Numbered from the stretch's first letter, positions 24,463-39,392 are shown. The stretch: DNA of 57,965 nt from Octopus bimaculoides (GCF_001194135.2 NC_068995.1:52665262-52723226); one strand, 5' to 3'. The notes: generated from the letters alone by a model not told the origin. Made by a program: numbers and translations.

Positions 24463-25493
24463 TATGCATGCATGGGTGTGGGTGTCTGGGAAGGTGCCTG
24501 TGTGTATAGCAACTCAAGAATCCAGACAATAGAATCTTAGTTTATTTACACACAAACACAAACATACATACACAAACACACACTCACCTACACACACATA
24601 TACGAACACACACACACTCACACACACACTCACCCCCATACACATACAAACACACACTCACACACACATATATACAAACGCACACACACACAGACTCATC
24701 CCCACACGCTTACACATGCACACATTCACACACACACTCATGTCTTCTATACATCCTGATTATTTTTTTTCTTTTTTCTTTATGAACAGTTTTACATTTC
24801 AATATATTCCCATACAAACCATTGGCAAAGCAAATTATTAGAACATATTACATATTCGGACAGTTCCACATGGCTAGAGTGGACACAGTCTATAACAGAC
24901 CGATGTTTATAACTTTGCACTGGTAATAACTTGACCATAAAGTTATTGACCAACAATGTTCAGCTAGAGTGGACGGAAGCAATGTAGTCTGTTGTGATGG
25001 CAGATACCCAAAGGATTTAGCATGCTCTGAACTTTATAATCATGAAGTCAGCTTTCCACCAGATTAATTACACAAACATTGTATAACATTCAACCGAAGG
25101 AAAGCGATAAATGTGCAGATATAGGTACATACATACCTACATACATAAACATATATATATATGTATGCATGTATGTATGTATGTATTCATCTATCTATCT
25201 ATCTATCTATCTACCTATAGATTTACAATTATTTATAAAAAATATGTAATCGTAATGAAGGGTACTTGCAAAAAGTACCAACATGCTAGAAATAGAAGTC
25301 AAAAAGATATATATATATATGTATATATATACATAGTTGTAAAATCTCAAGAAATGATCAGAGTAGTAACTATACTAAAAAGAGTGGCTGTTGAATGTTA
25401 CTAGTTTAACCCCAGGCAGATTCTCCTCAAGCTGGTTATCAGTGTGGCTCTGCAACCTTTATACACAATATATTCTTAGCAGGGGGTATGAAC

Positions 25494-25582
<89 letters not shown>

Positions 25583-26091
25583 CATTTGTCTATATATATG
25601 ATATATATGCATACATATTAATACATATATATTTTCACCTCTATATACATCATGCATTTTCACATCTTCACACATTTATTTATCTTTCTATCTACTCATA
25701 TAAATATATATATACATATATATAACTACACAAGCACACAAACACAAACAGATAGATAGATACAAACCATAAATTATATTGACCGTTAAGAAATTAAATA
25801 AATAGCCTTAAATGGCCAGTTACAATACGAATACATGAATATACTAAACTCTTTTTACTTCAGTGCAAAACATTTTCATTGAAGCATGAAGTAGGGTTTC
25901 TATCCATATGAGGATAATTTGTTTTGCATGAATTATCTGCTAAAATTTTGAACATAACATGAAAAAGTTCCTTAAATGGGTGTTTTACTCTGTTTTTGTT
26001 GTAATTTGATACCGAAAATGTTTAATGTCAATTGTACATTTTCTGTTTAATGACAAAAATATGGTGAAAATAAGGCAATAGATTTACTTAC

Positions 26092-26373
26092 ATTCAACTA
26101 ACACTATAACACTTTGTGTTATGTGTTTGCCATGTTGCATAACTGTGAATGTGTTCTCTGCCCTGCATGCCAGCCGATCGGAATGGTTGGAGCGACTGAC
26201 AGGGTGGAACCTCAGCACGGATCCTGTATGGATCAGTCCTCTGTTGGCTGAAAACCACTTGTAGAACACATAGGGAGGGTTACCAGGTTTCGCTTCACAG
26301 TACAGGGACTGGTCACTGCCTTCAAGCCAAGGGAAGTCATGGCTGCTGCTGATCATTGGCTGACCAGGCGGGT
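26092..26373 (-). CDS. IgSF exon C: Ig domain (YPPGQPMI...LYCEAKPGNPPYVFYKW...LRFHPVSRSNHSDRLACRAEN...VIVLVE)
   Basis: Acceptor CTTTCCTCTCTAG with AG at 26375-26374; donor GTAAGT from 26091; 282 bp; same Ig motif as exon B. Confidence 0.93.
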
Positions 26374-26972
26374 CTAGAGAGGAAAGACAAAGTAATGGGA
26401 TTAAAGAAGAAATTTAGTACAATAAAGCAGTAGTGAAATATAGCAGGAATGGTAAAGTTGAGTAAATTCTGGCATTAAATTCCAAAGCACTGTTAAATTT
26501 TGTCCTCTGCAATACTGTGTTCAAATAGCTCCTTTCATCATCATTGTCATCATTATCCTTGTCATCATCATCATTATCATTACCCCTCCCCCCCCGCCGC
26601 CGTCACCACCACCACCACCATCATCAGCGTCATTATCATCGTTGTTGTTGCCACTGCCGCCACCACCACCTTGAGAAATTAGGCTTCTCAAAACCAGAAA
26701 GGAGAAAGCTAATGCGAAGGCTACAAATCCAATCCATCAGTGGAACTGTAAAAATCTGTAAAACTTCCCAGAAGTTTATCATTTAAATTTATATGATGAT
26801 CATCATCATCGTTTAATGTCTGCTTTTCATACTGGCATTGGTTGGACAAATTTATGTATACATAGTTATGTATGTGCATACATAGTTGAGATGTATATTA
26901 TACAAAATACTGCTAGGAACATGCATATACATTGTAATGATTATATACATATATATATATATGATATGTATG

Positions 26973-27031
<59 letters not shown>

Positions 27032-27749
27032 ATATGTATGTATGAATGTATATGTGTTTGTGTGTGTGTAAATACATGCATACATATATACACTTACGTA
27101 CACATATGCATATAAATATATATATATTCATCGAGAGAAAGGGAGAGAGAGGGAGAGACTAATATATGAATAAATTTATGTTGCACACTCATATATATAT
27201 ATATATATATATACACACATTAACAGACATACATATATACACATACGCACACACATGCAGACCCACACATACAGAGAGTATATAATTCATATCTGATAGG
27301 CTATTAGAAACACACATAATTGCAGTTACTTTAAGAGTGTATAAGAGTGCAACATGCGTATATGTGACAAAAGATTGTGCAACGTTCAGTGTAGACAGCA
27401 AATAGATTAAATGAGCAATTCCTTGCAGTAGAGTTTGCAGTTGACATGGTAACCGTAAGTTGAAGGTGGTTTCCTGCAGTGTATTTCTAAATGTAATTGT
27501 GAGATAATTTAAGATGTATTCACATGTAGTAGCATATATGCCTCAATGCACTACACAAAAGTCAGAGATGTTAGACATCGATGTATATATCTCCCTGTTC
27601 GTAGACGTTTGTATGTATTGCTATGGGTATATGTATATGTGTGTGTGTGTGTGTGCGTGCATATGATCACAAACATGCATACACATAAGCATACACACAC
27701 ATACATATATATAGATGAATAGGTGACAATATGTATAAATATAGGCATG

Positions 27750-27788
<39 letters not shown>

Positions 27789-28126
27789 TATAATATATAC
27801 AAAAATATAATATATACATATATATAATATATACATATATATANNNNNNNNNNNNNNNNNNNNNNNNNNNNNNNNNNNNNNNNNNNNNNNNNNNNNNNNN
27901 NNNNNNNNNNNNNNNNNNNNNNNNNNNNNNNNNNNNNNNNNNNNNNNNNNNNNNNNNNNNNNNNNNNNNNNNNNNNNNNNNNNNNNNNNNNNNNNNNNNN
28001 NNNNNNNNNNNNNNNNNNNNNNNNNNNNNNNNNNNNNNNNNNNNNNNNNNNNNNNNNNNNNNNNNNNNNNNNNNNNNNNNNNNNNNNNNNNNNNNNNNNN
28101 NNNNNNNNNNNNNNNNNNNNNNNNNN

Positions 28127-28174
<48 letters not shown>

Positions 28175-28810
28175 CACAATACATGCATATATATATATAT
28201 ATATAGATTGTGTGTGTGTCTCTATGTATATACAGCATATACTTGTAATGCCGTACCTTATATCTTGTATGTTAATTGCACTTTAACATCAGATTTTGTA
28301 CATGTACAAATAAACATGTGAATCCTCACATAATGCTACATAATCATATTTATATACGTGTATTTATATAAATATACGAGCTGAAACACTGTCCTCCAGG
28401 CATTTGCTTGAAAGTCAATATAATAAGATTGTGCATTATATATATCTTTATCCATATGCATCAGAGTTTGTCTGTGTTTGGAAACAACTGCACTATTTTT
28501 CAAGGAATATTTACTAAATTTTGTAGCGAGATTTAGATGCAGCCCAAAATGATATGAAGGCACAAAAGAGAAACAAAAAAATAAAAAAAACAACAAAAAA
28601 TACAAGGTCTAAGGCTGCTCTTGTAGTTAAATAGTAAAAACATCAAGAAAAGAAATGTAGAATGAGTGAAAATAGTAATGGAGTGATAAGTGAGTAGGAG
28701 TGTTAGTAGAGAAACTGTTGTTGGTTTGTAATTTCAAACTCTGTTTTTGATTCTCCTTCAGGCTTTCTTTAACATACACATACGTACACTCACATACAAA
28801 CACACACATA

Positions 28811-28975
28811 TAGTCATAGGTATGGCTCTGTGTTAAGGAGTTTCCTTCCCTACCGCATGCTTCCAGGCTCAGTCCCACTGTGTGACACCTTGGGCAAGTG
28901 TCTTCTACTTTATCCTCATGCTGACCAATGCCTTGTGAGTGAATTTGCTTTATGGAAACTGAAAGAAGTCTGTTG
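28811..28975 (+). mobile_element. SINE family A, 5' half
   Basis: CAGTCCCACTGTGTGACACCTTGGGCAAGTGTCTTCTAC core; followed by (TG)n. Confidence 0.8.
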
Positions 28976-28976
28976 A

Positions 28977-29019
<43 letters not shown>

Positions 29020-30421
29020 TTAAAGAAAGCTTGAAGGAGAAAGGAAAACAGTGTTTGAAATTACAAACTGACAACAGTTTCTGTACTAACACTCTTACTC
29101 ACTTATTACTCCATTATCACTTTCACGATTTCTACATCCCTTTTCATTAATTTTTTATAGATATATCTACACACATCCCAGATTTCAGAATAGATACATC
29201 ATATTATTGCATGTCCTTAGAAGCAAGTAAAATGGATGGTGTCAGTCAGGCAGAGCATCCAGTTGTAAGACAACAGTTGATTTGTTCCAGAAAGAGATAA
29301 AGATAAGGGAACAGAATGTGAGTGAGAACACCTGAGTCCTTTTATTGAATTTGTACATTAATAACCTATTCAGAAAGGCCAAAGTTGTCTTTGGTGGGAT
29401 TTGAACTCAGACCACACAGAGAGCCAGAACAAATAGCACTGGTCATTCTAGCTGACACTCTAACAACCCAGCCAACAACTCACCTAAATGTCGATTCAAT
29501 TAATCAATGTCACTTTATAGTTTGTGCTGTTATTTGGCCCAGAGAGAATAAAGTGCAAATCTGGCCTCAGTGAAATTTGAACTCATAATGCAGAGCGGAA
29601 AAAATGAATACTGTTTTGCACCTGCTCCAATCCTCTGCCAACCTTTCTGCTCACTGACATTCATACCTGTTATTCTTCTCATACCTTGTTATAATCTGTT
29701 TTGTCAGAGAACGATCCCTTTCTGTATCAGAGATGCACATCCATCCATTATCAAGTGCATATTTACAGACTACACACCATATGAGTAATCTGTTTCAGAT
29801 GAGATACAACAGCAGTTTATTGTGCAGCTGCAGTCAATCAAAACCAAGCAGATGCAGTCTTTTGTTTAGATATACACCAACTAGCCAGTGCACATGTATG
29901 CACCCACTTGCAGTCCCACCTCACACATAGTGGTCCTTCACTTTCACTAAGCTGTTTGCGTCATGCAGTTGCATACAGCTGCAGTCTGTTGCTACAGTAA
30001 CAGCAGCAGAAATAGACCCTATTCAAATATCTATTGCATATACACGCTTCTATATTTAGTACAGAAATCCAGCGCAATGCCTGCACAATGTTTTTTTTAA
30101 TACAATATAATTGAATTCACATTCATGGCTAATTACAGTAATTTTCTAAACCTTAAATATGCCAGTAATTAGCTAATTGCTAATTATGAACTGCTGCTAT
30201 AGCTATAATTTACATAACTCAAAATGAACAATCACATACACACCTGGTAGGGAAAGAAGCAAAATGGTTTATTGGATATTGTACTGGATTATCATCTTGT
30301 AGGTCTTGAGTTCAAATCCACATCAATCATTTCTTAGTGTTTGTGAGAATGTTTGAGAGAATATATTTAATTCTTAGCTTGACAAAATCTTTAAAATAAC
30401 TACCAAATCATTTTCACTTGT

Positions 30422-30508
30422 AGGGCTTTGGTCAGCCCAGAGCTACAATTGAAGACTCTTGCCCAATGTGGTTAAGAAGCAAAATTCTTACCACACTGCT
30501 ATACTTGC
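30422..30508 (-). mobile_element. SINE family A, internally deleted copy
   Basis: GCTTTGGTCAGCCC...GAAGACTCTTGCCCAA joined directly to TGTGGTT...CTTACCAC. Confidence 0.6.
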
Positions 30509-31130
30509 TCATACACACACATGGATGTGTATGTGTATATATACATACGTATATATGTTGTCTGTCTTTCTGTCTGTTGGTATTCCACTCTATATTTTCT
30601 ATCCCTCCCCACTCCCTTTCTCTTTCTCTCTTCAACTATCAATCTATGTATCTATGTCTCTATCACCCAACCCCTTTCATTTCTCCATTTCATATTTACC
30701 CTTCCATTCCCTATCTCTTCCTATACAAATATACATCTTTACTCCATCTACTTTAATAAACCCAACAGAAAACCCCATAAACTTCCATAAACTCACATAA
30801 CCCACATCAACCCCCATAAACTCTAATCAAGAAACAATAGCTCTCCCTACCATCTAACTTATATCCTTCCCAATAGGGGGTATGATGCTTAGTTAATGAA
30901 GTTTTACTGCTCATAATGAAAATCTCAGCAGGCTTTTGGGTGATGGGGGGATTTTCTCTGTCCTACAAGAATTAGACATTTATCTGCCACAGAATTGTTA
31001 ATATGATCCAAAGAAAGGCATAAGGATTAGTAACATAACTCTTAAGATGAATTACAAGAATGCTAGTTTTGTTGTTGTTGTTGTTTAACCCTCGGTCATC
31101 AAATAATGATCAGACCTGCCATCAATACAT

Positions 31131-31285
31131 TCTTCTTTCAGTTTGTCTACCAAATCAATTCACAAGGGTTTGGTTAGCCTAAGGCTATAGTAGAAGACAC
31201 TCGCCCAATGTGTCACACAGTGGGACTGAACTCGGAACCATGTGGTTGGGAAGCAAGCTTCTTACCACACAGCCACACCTGTGTC
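31131..31285 (-). mobile_element. SINE family A, 5' half
   Basis: GGCTATAGTAGAAGACACTCGCCCAA...GGAACCATGTGGTTGGGAAGCAAGCTTCTTACCACACAGCC. Confidence 0.85.
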
Positions 31286-31951
31286 TATATGTAATATGAT
31301 ATAACATAACATAATACAATAGAGATTAGATAAGAATCCCTTTAAGGTGGTGCTCCAGCCTGGCCAGTCAAATGACTGAAACAAGTAAAAGAATAAAAGA
31401 ATAAAAGGGCTGACCAGGCTGTTTGTATAAACTGAAACAATCATCTTCACTTTATAGTTTTCCTATATAATCTGTAACCTTTAAGTTCTATATTTTCTCT
31501 ACATGCATATGTGTGTGTCAGAGTTTTATATATAAAGTTTATACACATGCATGTATATGTAAATAAATTTAGTTTATGTGTGTATGTATGGGTCTCTTGG
31601 TATGCGTGTGAGCGAGTGTAATGTGACCGATAGAACATGTTCTTATCTTGGTGAAATTTTGAGTAGAAAATGAAGGACACACGTACACACAAGCTCACAC
31701 AAAGAAAACAATAATATCTAAAAAATACAGTTGAAAATAAAACATAGCAATATCTATGATAAACAAGGGGAGAAATGAGAATTAATATCTCAATGTTTTT
31801 TCTTAATTAACTAAATAATACAGAGATAATAATGATCACACCCAACTCCTTCAGAAAAGAAGAATAGAAGTTTAAAAAGAAAATGAAGCATTATTATTAT
31901 CTTTTCTTTATCTTTCCCTTTCATAACATAAAAGTAAAAGAACAACAACAA

Positions 31952-32255
31952 GCAAATAGACCAGATATGATTAAGGCTAACAGAAACAAGACCAACGTAT
32001 TAATTGATACAAGTGTATAATTGAATAATATTATATCAATAAATGTATTAAAGAAAGGAGAAAACTGTACACAAGTCTCTAATGAGATCGATTGAAAAGA
32101 TCGAAAGATTGTGGCACCTCAAAACAAAAACAATGCCAGTCATTATTATATAGGCCTTAGGTATGATTAAAGAAAAGATGTGTGAAACATCCCAGGAGAC
32201 CCATCTTTCCCAGAAACTCTAAAAGTAATTCTGACTAGCACTGCATACAATTTGA
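31952..32255 (+). mobile_element. Degraded Dong/R4-like LINE C-terminal restriction-like endonuclease fragment
   Basis: Remnants ANRPDMI...VLID, IERLWHLKTKTMPVII*ALGMIK and IPGDPSFPETLKVILTSTAYNL in collinear order, interrupted by stops and frameshifts. Confidence 0.75.
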
Positions 32256-32539
32256 ACTCAGAACATTAGTGATGGAAGAAACACCATTATGTATTTTGTC
32301 CATGCCAACAATTCTACTGGAACAAAAATAATGATTACATCTATTTTTTTCATCATGATAGCATATGTAAGGGCCCTTTTACAGAAACAGATCACAAAAT
32401 GTGTAGGAATTTACATAGCAACCAGATGGGGGTGGGGAAACCATAGCACATACCCAAGGCACACAGAGCTGCACTCGGTAGTGAAGTGAAAGCACGCTAT
32501 AAAAATTAAACTACTGAATAATAATAATGATAATAATGA

Positions 32540-32730
32540 TAATCCTTTCTACTAAAGACATTTTGAGGTAGGGGACTAGTTGATAACATCAACACCAGTG
32601 TTTCACGGGTACTTATTTTATCAACCGTGAAAGGATGAAAGGCAAAGTTGACCTTGGCAGCATTCGAACTCAAAACGTAAGTACAGACAAAATGTCATTA
32701 AGCATTTTGCTTGGTGTGCTAATGATTCTG
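32540..32730 (-). mobile_element. SINE family B
   Basis: GGTACTTATTTTATCAACC..AAAGGATGAAAGGCAAAGTTGACC..GAACTC..AAGCATTTTGC. Confidence 0.75.
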
Positions 32731-34671
32731 AGTGGTTGGTGACAGGAAGAGCATCCAGCTGTAAAAATCCTGCCAAAACTGTCACAGATGCTATAATTTT
32801 TCCTTGCTCTATAAACTTGAAGTTTTGAATCTTTATGTGAGATCAATATTCCCTTAATTTGATTAATCGTTTTGATAAAATCATGGAAATCACACATTTT
32901 CAACCCACCTTCATTATAAAATTTCATCTTTTACACCTTTACAAAAAATCTGTATTTTTTTGTTTTTCTAGCTTTATAGGACAATTCCAGTTTAACTGAA
33001 GTGAAGTGGATTTTAAGTAAAATGGATGCTAGATATCTCTCTGGATATACAGAATAAATGATTTTTTTGATTATAAAATATATAAAATTGTGTGTAGGTT
33101 TTAATTATTGAATGTAAATTATGTTATTTTGAGTATAGACTTAATAAATGATGCATTCGGTAGAGGAGAGGGATATTCAACAGAATTTCTTAAATGTGAT
33201 GCTTTTATACATACAATATATGTTTAAAGGGATCAAAGTTAGCTCCTTGATTCAGTTCAATATCAGCTTATTTGTTACTTTATGGAAGTTTGCTGCTAAT
33301 TCATTATAATTAACAGATCTTTCAATAGATTAAACAAAGAATTTCCTTCCATCTCAGCATTTGGTCATTATTTCAATCTCTAATCTCCGTGGCCTCTTAA
33401 ATCAGATTCTATCACTAATTTCGCAACACAGGTGCAGCCATTTAATCTTCCTCTCTGTCTTTACCTATCATCAGTCTCCATTAGTTTTTCCCAATCCTCA
33501 ACACCTGTCCGTTCACTTCATTTCATCGGTTGTTCAAGTATTCCCAAACTACAAACTCCGTTCACCCCCCCCCCCCTGCCACTGACCCCATGTACAATAG
33601 CACTTGTTATTGGAAATGGTCAGTCTCCTGACAAAGAGGCTTAAGTGAACGAAAAAGAACATTGACAAACAAGAAAATCTCTTTTAATTTCAGATTCCAC
33701 ACCTCTGCCCCCTTCTGTCCTTCACCTTCCTCCAAGAACTCATTTGGATCAATCAATCAATCAATAATTTATCTATCTAGTGCAAGTGTGACAAATAGAA
33801 AGAATTATTTGATCTTTCTCACCAAAAGACATGTCAGAGAATGACTAGCCTTCTTTTTAATTTCAAGGACAAAAATATGAAAATGTGTGATATTCATGCC
33901 TTTCTCAAATATGTTAACAATCTGAATTAAGTAAAATGGCTTCCTGCAGTAATCAAAACCAGCTTATAATCAACTCATCTGGAGTTTACTTCCAGATGTA
34001 CAATAGCTGCAAGGAGCATTTCCAACTCTCAACTTATCTGGATTTTTCTTCCAGATATACACACATATATCATATATATATTCATACACATACATTTATC
34101 ATATATTTATGCACATACATATATGTATCATATATACGTTTGTATAGATATATAAATTCATACAAGTGCACAAAGATACATACATACATATATGTCTATA
34201 TATGTATCTCTCTCTCTGTCGTCGTCGTCATCATACACACACACACACATACTAATATACTTTCAGACTCACGTAATTCAATGAAGCTAGACACATCAGT
34301 TACACCTTACTACATGAGCAGATCAAACTCGTTTTAATAAATCTCGAATAATTGAGGATATCTTATATGGGCCCAATCTAAATAACAGCAACTCCTGCCA
34401 AAGCAAGGACCCAACACCGCTGTCACCTATTTACTTACTTTTGCAGTCAATGGGAGCATTACAAATGTCACTACCACCACCACCACCACCACCACCAATG
34501 CTGTCATCATCCTGACCACCACCAACAACAATTATAATAATATCATTACCAGCATGTATAATTTTCAACTCGGAGTACAAGCAGAATAAGCTGTAAGCAT
34601 TCTCTCTTACTCTGACAACTATGACAGCCTGCATGCATACATACACACATATACACACATATACAAATATC

Positions 34672-34704
<33 letters not shown>

Positions 34705-34939
34705 ATACAGAGGTAAAGAGAGAGTGAGAGAGGTAGATAGACAGATAAATAGATAGGTTTGAACATATATATATATAAAACAAATTGTTCAAAAGATGTT
34801 TTNNNNNNNNNNNNNNNNNNNNNNNNNNNNNNNNNNNNNNNNNNNNNNNNNNNNNNNNNNNNNNNATATATATATATAAAAGCAAACTAGTAAATCATTA
34901 TCCAAAAATAATTTGCATGTATATATGTGTATATGGGTA

Positions 34940-34995
<56 letters not shown>

Positions 34996-35835
34996 TGTAT
35001 GTATGTCTTTATATATACACATATATACATATATATGTATAAATTATACTTGAAAACTATGTTAATGAATGCATGTGTGTGTATATAATTATGTATGTAA
35101 GTAATACGTGTTTGTATGCATGTATGTGTGTGCACACATGTGTGTGTGTGTGTGCATGTGTGTGTGTGTGTGTATGAGGAGGAATTTATATTTACCAAAA
35201 TATCAAGTACATATAGAGAGGAAATTAGAAAATTAAAGAAACCACCCCACCCCACCCCGAAAAAACCTTACCAAAATATCCAAAGAATTGTAAATGCTAA
35301 ATTGTCCCAGAGAATAAAAGAAGAAAAAAAACTATTTCTTCTTCTTCATCTTCTTTGGGATGAAAAACTGGACATATGGTAAACAAGAACTGAATGGAAT
35401 CGTACCACCCCTAACTCACCCCCCCCCTTCCATCCACAAGCAAAACTTCAACAAGTCTTGTTTACTGCAATTGAAAGTTTTCAAACTAAACAAACAAACA
35501 AGGTAAATAAATAAATAAATAAATAAAAGGAGGAGAGTGGTTGGGAGGGGGTGGGTGTGAGGTAATGGAAATTGGTATTTTGAGACATGTTTATTATTGT
35601 TAAGTGCTAATAAAAAAAAAATGGTTTTTAGGATTATTATGTAAATTTAATGATGATATAACTCAACAACTAAGAAACAAAAATTACAAAAGAGTAAAAT
35701 ATATAAATATACATAAATACATTTATCATCTATCTCTATGTCTGTCTACCTGTCTGTCCGTCCGTCTATCTATCTATCTATATATATATATACATATATA
35801 TATTATATATATATATATTTGTGTGTGTGTATATG

Positions 35836-35892
<57 letters not shown>

Positions 35893-35946
35893 GTGTGTGT
35901 ATATGTTTCTATATATGTGTGTATATATGAATGTGTGTGTATGTAT

Positions 35947-36004
<58 letters not shown>

Positions 36005-37029
36005 TTGTATGTATATATGTCTGTGTACATACATACATATATATACATATAATGTATTTGGAAGATGAATTTATATGGAAATGTGAAAGGGAAAAACAGC
36101 AAAATAGTGAACCAACCAAACAAACAAATAAAAAAAATGAATGAAACATGAAACAAGAATACAAGAAAAAGAAGGAAGAATTAATATAAGCAGAATGGAA
36201 GTATTGAGAAACACAAGAAAACACAGATAGAACACCAACAATAATGATAATAATAATAATAATAACAATAGCAAAATATATAAAGAATAGAAAAGAAAAC
36301 AAGGAAAGAATATGGCAACAACAATAATGAACATATTGAGAATAACAACAAGTATAAAAGTAAATTAATTATAAATGCAAAATAAACGAGATAAAACACT
36401 AAAATACGTTCTAATTTATTAGGATGAAGTTTTTCTTTGTCAAATAATAATAATAATAATAATAATAATAGTAATAATAATGATGATGATGATGATGATA
36501 ACATTAATAATACTAAGGACAAAGATTAATAAGAGCAATAATAATAATAATGATAATAATAATAATAAAAATAGTAATGATATAATGAAAATAGAGCTGG
36601 ATGGATCTGAAATCTCATTAAAAATATATTCAAAAACTCGGAAGGACAAAACCTAAAAGTTCTTCCAAATGCTGCTTAAATCCCCTGAAATCCCCAAACC
36701 CTAACCCAAACAAAAACCTAATGAAAACCCTTCAAATCTTCAGAAAAAGCCCTTCACAAAAATGCATCAGGTACCGGCAGACAATTGGAAAAATGGAAAA
36801 CGAGGAATTTCAAGGAATATTGGAGAAGGAATGCACATGTGATGTTGACAAATAAGGGACAAATGGTAATGACAGCGGCAGCTACAATGGACGGACTGAT
36901 TCTTGGTTACCGTGGTAACAACATAAGGTTTAGTGGGAGGGGGGGGAGGAGAAAGAAAAAAAAACAAGAAAGAAAGAGAGAAAGAAAGAACTGCAGCGAA
37001 TCAATTTAGGATATGGAAATAGAAATGAT

Positions 37030-37440
37030 GGAGAAAATATGGTTGGTGGTGGTGGTGGTAGTCACAGCTGTAGTAATTGTACAGGTGGGGGTGGTAGTGA
37101 TAGTGGAAGTGGTGTTGGTGTTAGTGGTGGCGATGGTGGTAGTGGTGGCGGTCGCATTTGTAGTAATGGTGGTGGTGGTGGTGATGGGTGGTGGCAGTCA
37201 CAGTTACATTAATAGTAATGGCGGGGGCAGGTAGTGATGGTGGTGGTGGTGGTGGAAGTGGTGGTAGTGTTGGCAGTGGTGTTTGATGGTTGTGGTGGTA
37301 GCAGTGGTGGTTGAGGGTTGTAGTGATGGTTGATAAGCAGCTGCAGTGGTAGTAATGGTATTAGTTGTGGTCATAAGGATGGGAAATGATGGTGGACGTG
37401 ATAGTAGTGGTGGTGGTAGTGGTGGTAGTGGTAGGGATAA
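37030..37440. repeat. Degenerate (GGT/AGT)n tract
   Basis: Direct inspection. Confidence 0.85.
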
Positions 37441-37770
37441 TGTTGGAGCAAGTGACAAGTATGGTGGAAATACCAGCAGAACAGGTGATAAGAAGTGATC
37501 AGAGAAAGAGGGTGTGTTTGTGAGAGAGAGGGAGAGAGAGTGGGGAGAGGGAGAGATACATGTATATATTTATAGTGAGTGATAGCGAGAGAGAGAGAGA
37601 GAGAGAGAGAGAGGGGAAATGAAGAAAAGACAGACTGACTGATGGACGGAGGGATGGATGGATAAGGAGATAGATAGATAGATAGGAAATCAATAGCTAA
37701 CTAGCTATATAGGTAATTATGTAAACAGAGACATCAACACACACACACATATACATATATACAAACAGAC

Positions 37771-37814
<44 letters not shown>

Positions 37815-38309
37815 NNNNNNNNNNNNNNNNNNNNNNNNNNNNNNNNNNNNNNNNNNNNNNNNNNNNNNNNNNNNNNNNNNNNNNNNNNNNNNNNNNNNNN
37901 NNNNNNNNNNNNNNNNNNNNNNNNNNNNNNNNNNNNNNNNNNNNNNNNNNNNNNNNNNNNNNNNNNNNNNNNNNNNNNNNNNNNNNNNNNNNNNNNNNNN
38001 NNNNNNNNNNNNNNNNNNNNNNNNNNNNNNNNNNNNNNNNNNNNNNNNNNNNNNNNNNNNNNNNNNNNNNNNNNNNNNNNNNNNNNNNNNNNNNNNNNNN
38101 NNNNNNNNNNNNNNNNNNNNNNNNNNNNNNNNNNNNNNNNNNNNNNNNNNNNNNNNNNNNNNNNNNNNNNNNNNNNNNNNNNNNNNNNNNNNNNNNNNNN
38201 NNNNNGTCTGTACACAGAGAAAGAAGGAAGCGGGAGGAAGAATTGGAGAAGACAAGGAAGACATAATCTGAGAGTTAACATAAAAAGACAGCATTGAAGC
38301 CAAACATTT

Positions 38310-38356
<47 letters not shown>

Positions 38357-38507
38357 AAGGAGGAGGAGGAGGAAGGGAAATATGGTAAGTTCTGTTGTCT
38401 CAGTATTTGGCTGTTGTTCTTGTAGAAGCTGTTGCCCAGGAATATCCTTGTTCCTGCCATGACTTTCTTAGTTTATTTTTTTTCTTTCCCAAAAGCATAA
38501 CAGACAA

Positions 38508-38650
38508 AACCATGTGGTTGAGAAGCTCGCTTTGCAGCCACAGAGTTTTGGGTTTCAAGTTCAGCGCCACTGAGCAACACATCAGCCCTGTGCTGACCGA
38601 TGTCTTGTGAGGGAATTTAGAAAATGGAAACTATGTAGAAACCCATTATA
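38508..38650 (+). mobile_element. SINE family A-like, diverged copy
   Basis: TGTGGTTGAGAAGCTCGCTT...CTTGTGAG...GGAAACT pattern. Confidence 0.55.
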
Positions 38651-38679
38651 TACATACATTCATACTCTGAGAGTGTAGT

Positions 38680-38790
38680 GGCTACCTTTTTACATTCCAC
38701 CGGCACAGGAGCCAATCAGGAGGCACTGGCATCGACTACGTTCAGATGGTGCTTTTTATGTGCCACCAGTTATATATATGTGCCACCAGT
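38680..38790 (-). mobile_element. RTE 3'UTR internal fragment with a local 22-bp duplication
   Basis: GAGAGTGTAGTGG..TTTTAC..CCACCGGCACAGGAGCCA; TATGTGCCACCAGTTATATATA occurs twice in tandem. Confidence 0.5.
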
Positions 38791-39110
38791 TATATATATA
38801 TATATGTATAAACATACAGGTACACACACAATGTATATATATTTGTGTGCATGTATGTATATATATAGAAAGAGAGAAAAAAGAGAGAGAGAAAGAGACA
38901 GAAAGTATATTGTATTGCCAGCCAGACTTAAACAGTCTGCATAAAAACACATGAGTGATCACTGTAATCCATACCTTGCCACCGACAAACACAAACGCTT
39001 ACACACACTTTCAGATACACAGGCACACTCATATACGTGTATAGGACATTACAATCAGTATAAGACTAAAGACTCCAGCGATAAGGGGAAACCATTGTAG
39101 TGTTACTTAC

Positions 39111-39392
39111 ATTTCACCTCTAGTCGTACGGAGGCTGTCTTGGGACGTCCAATGACTGTGTGAGATAATTTGTTTTCAGCTTGACATATTACAGTCCTTC
39201 GGTGTTCCATGCGAGTCACTGGATCAAATGTCAGTGTTTCTCCTTTGTGTATTAAATATCCCGATTCTGAGAGCCATTTGTATTGTGTGTCTGGAGGATT
39301 TCCAGGTCTTGCGTGACATGTAAGCGTTTGCACATCTCCTGCAATCCACGGTAAGCTGCTCTGAGATGTGATCTTTGGACTTCCTGGCGTAT
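39111..39392 (-). CDS. IgSF exon B: Ig domain (YTPGSPKI...LTCHARPGNPPDTQYKW...LTFDPVTRMEHRRTVICQAEN...VRLEVK)
   Basis: Acceptor TTCTTTCAG with AG at 39394-39393; donor GTAAGT from 39110; 282 bp; C-x-A-x-P-G-N-P-P...W...C-x-A-E-N Ig motif. Confidence 0.93.
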
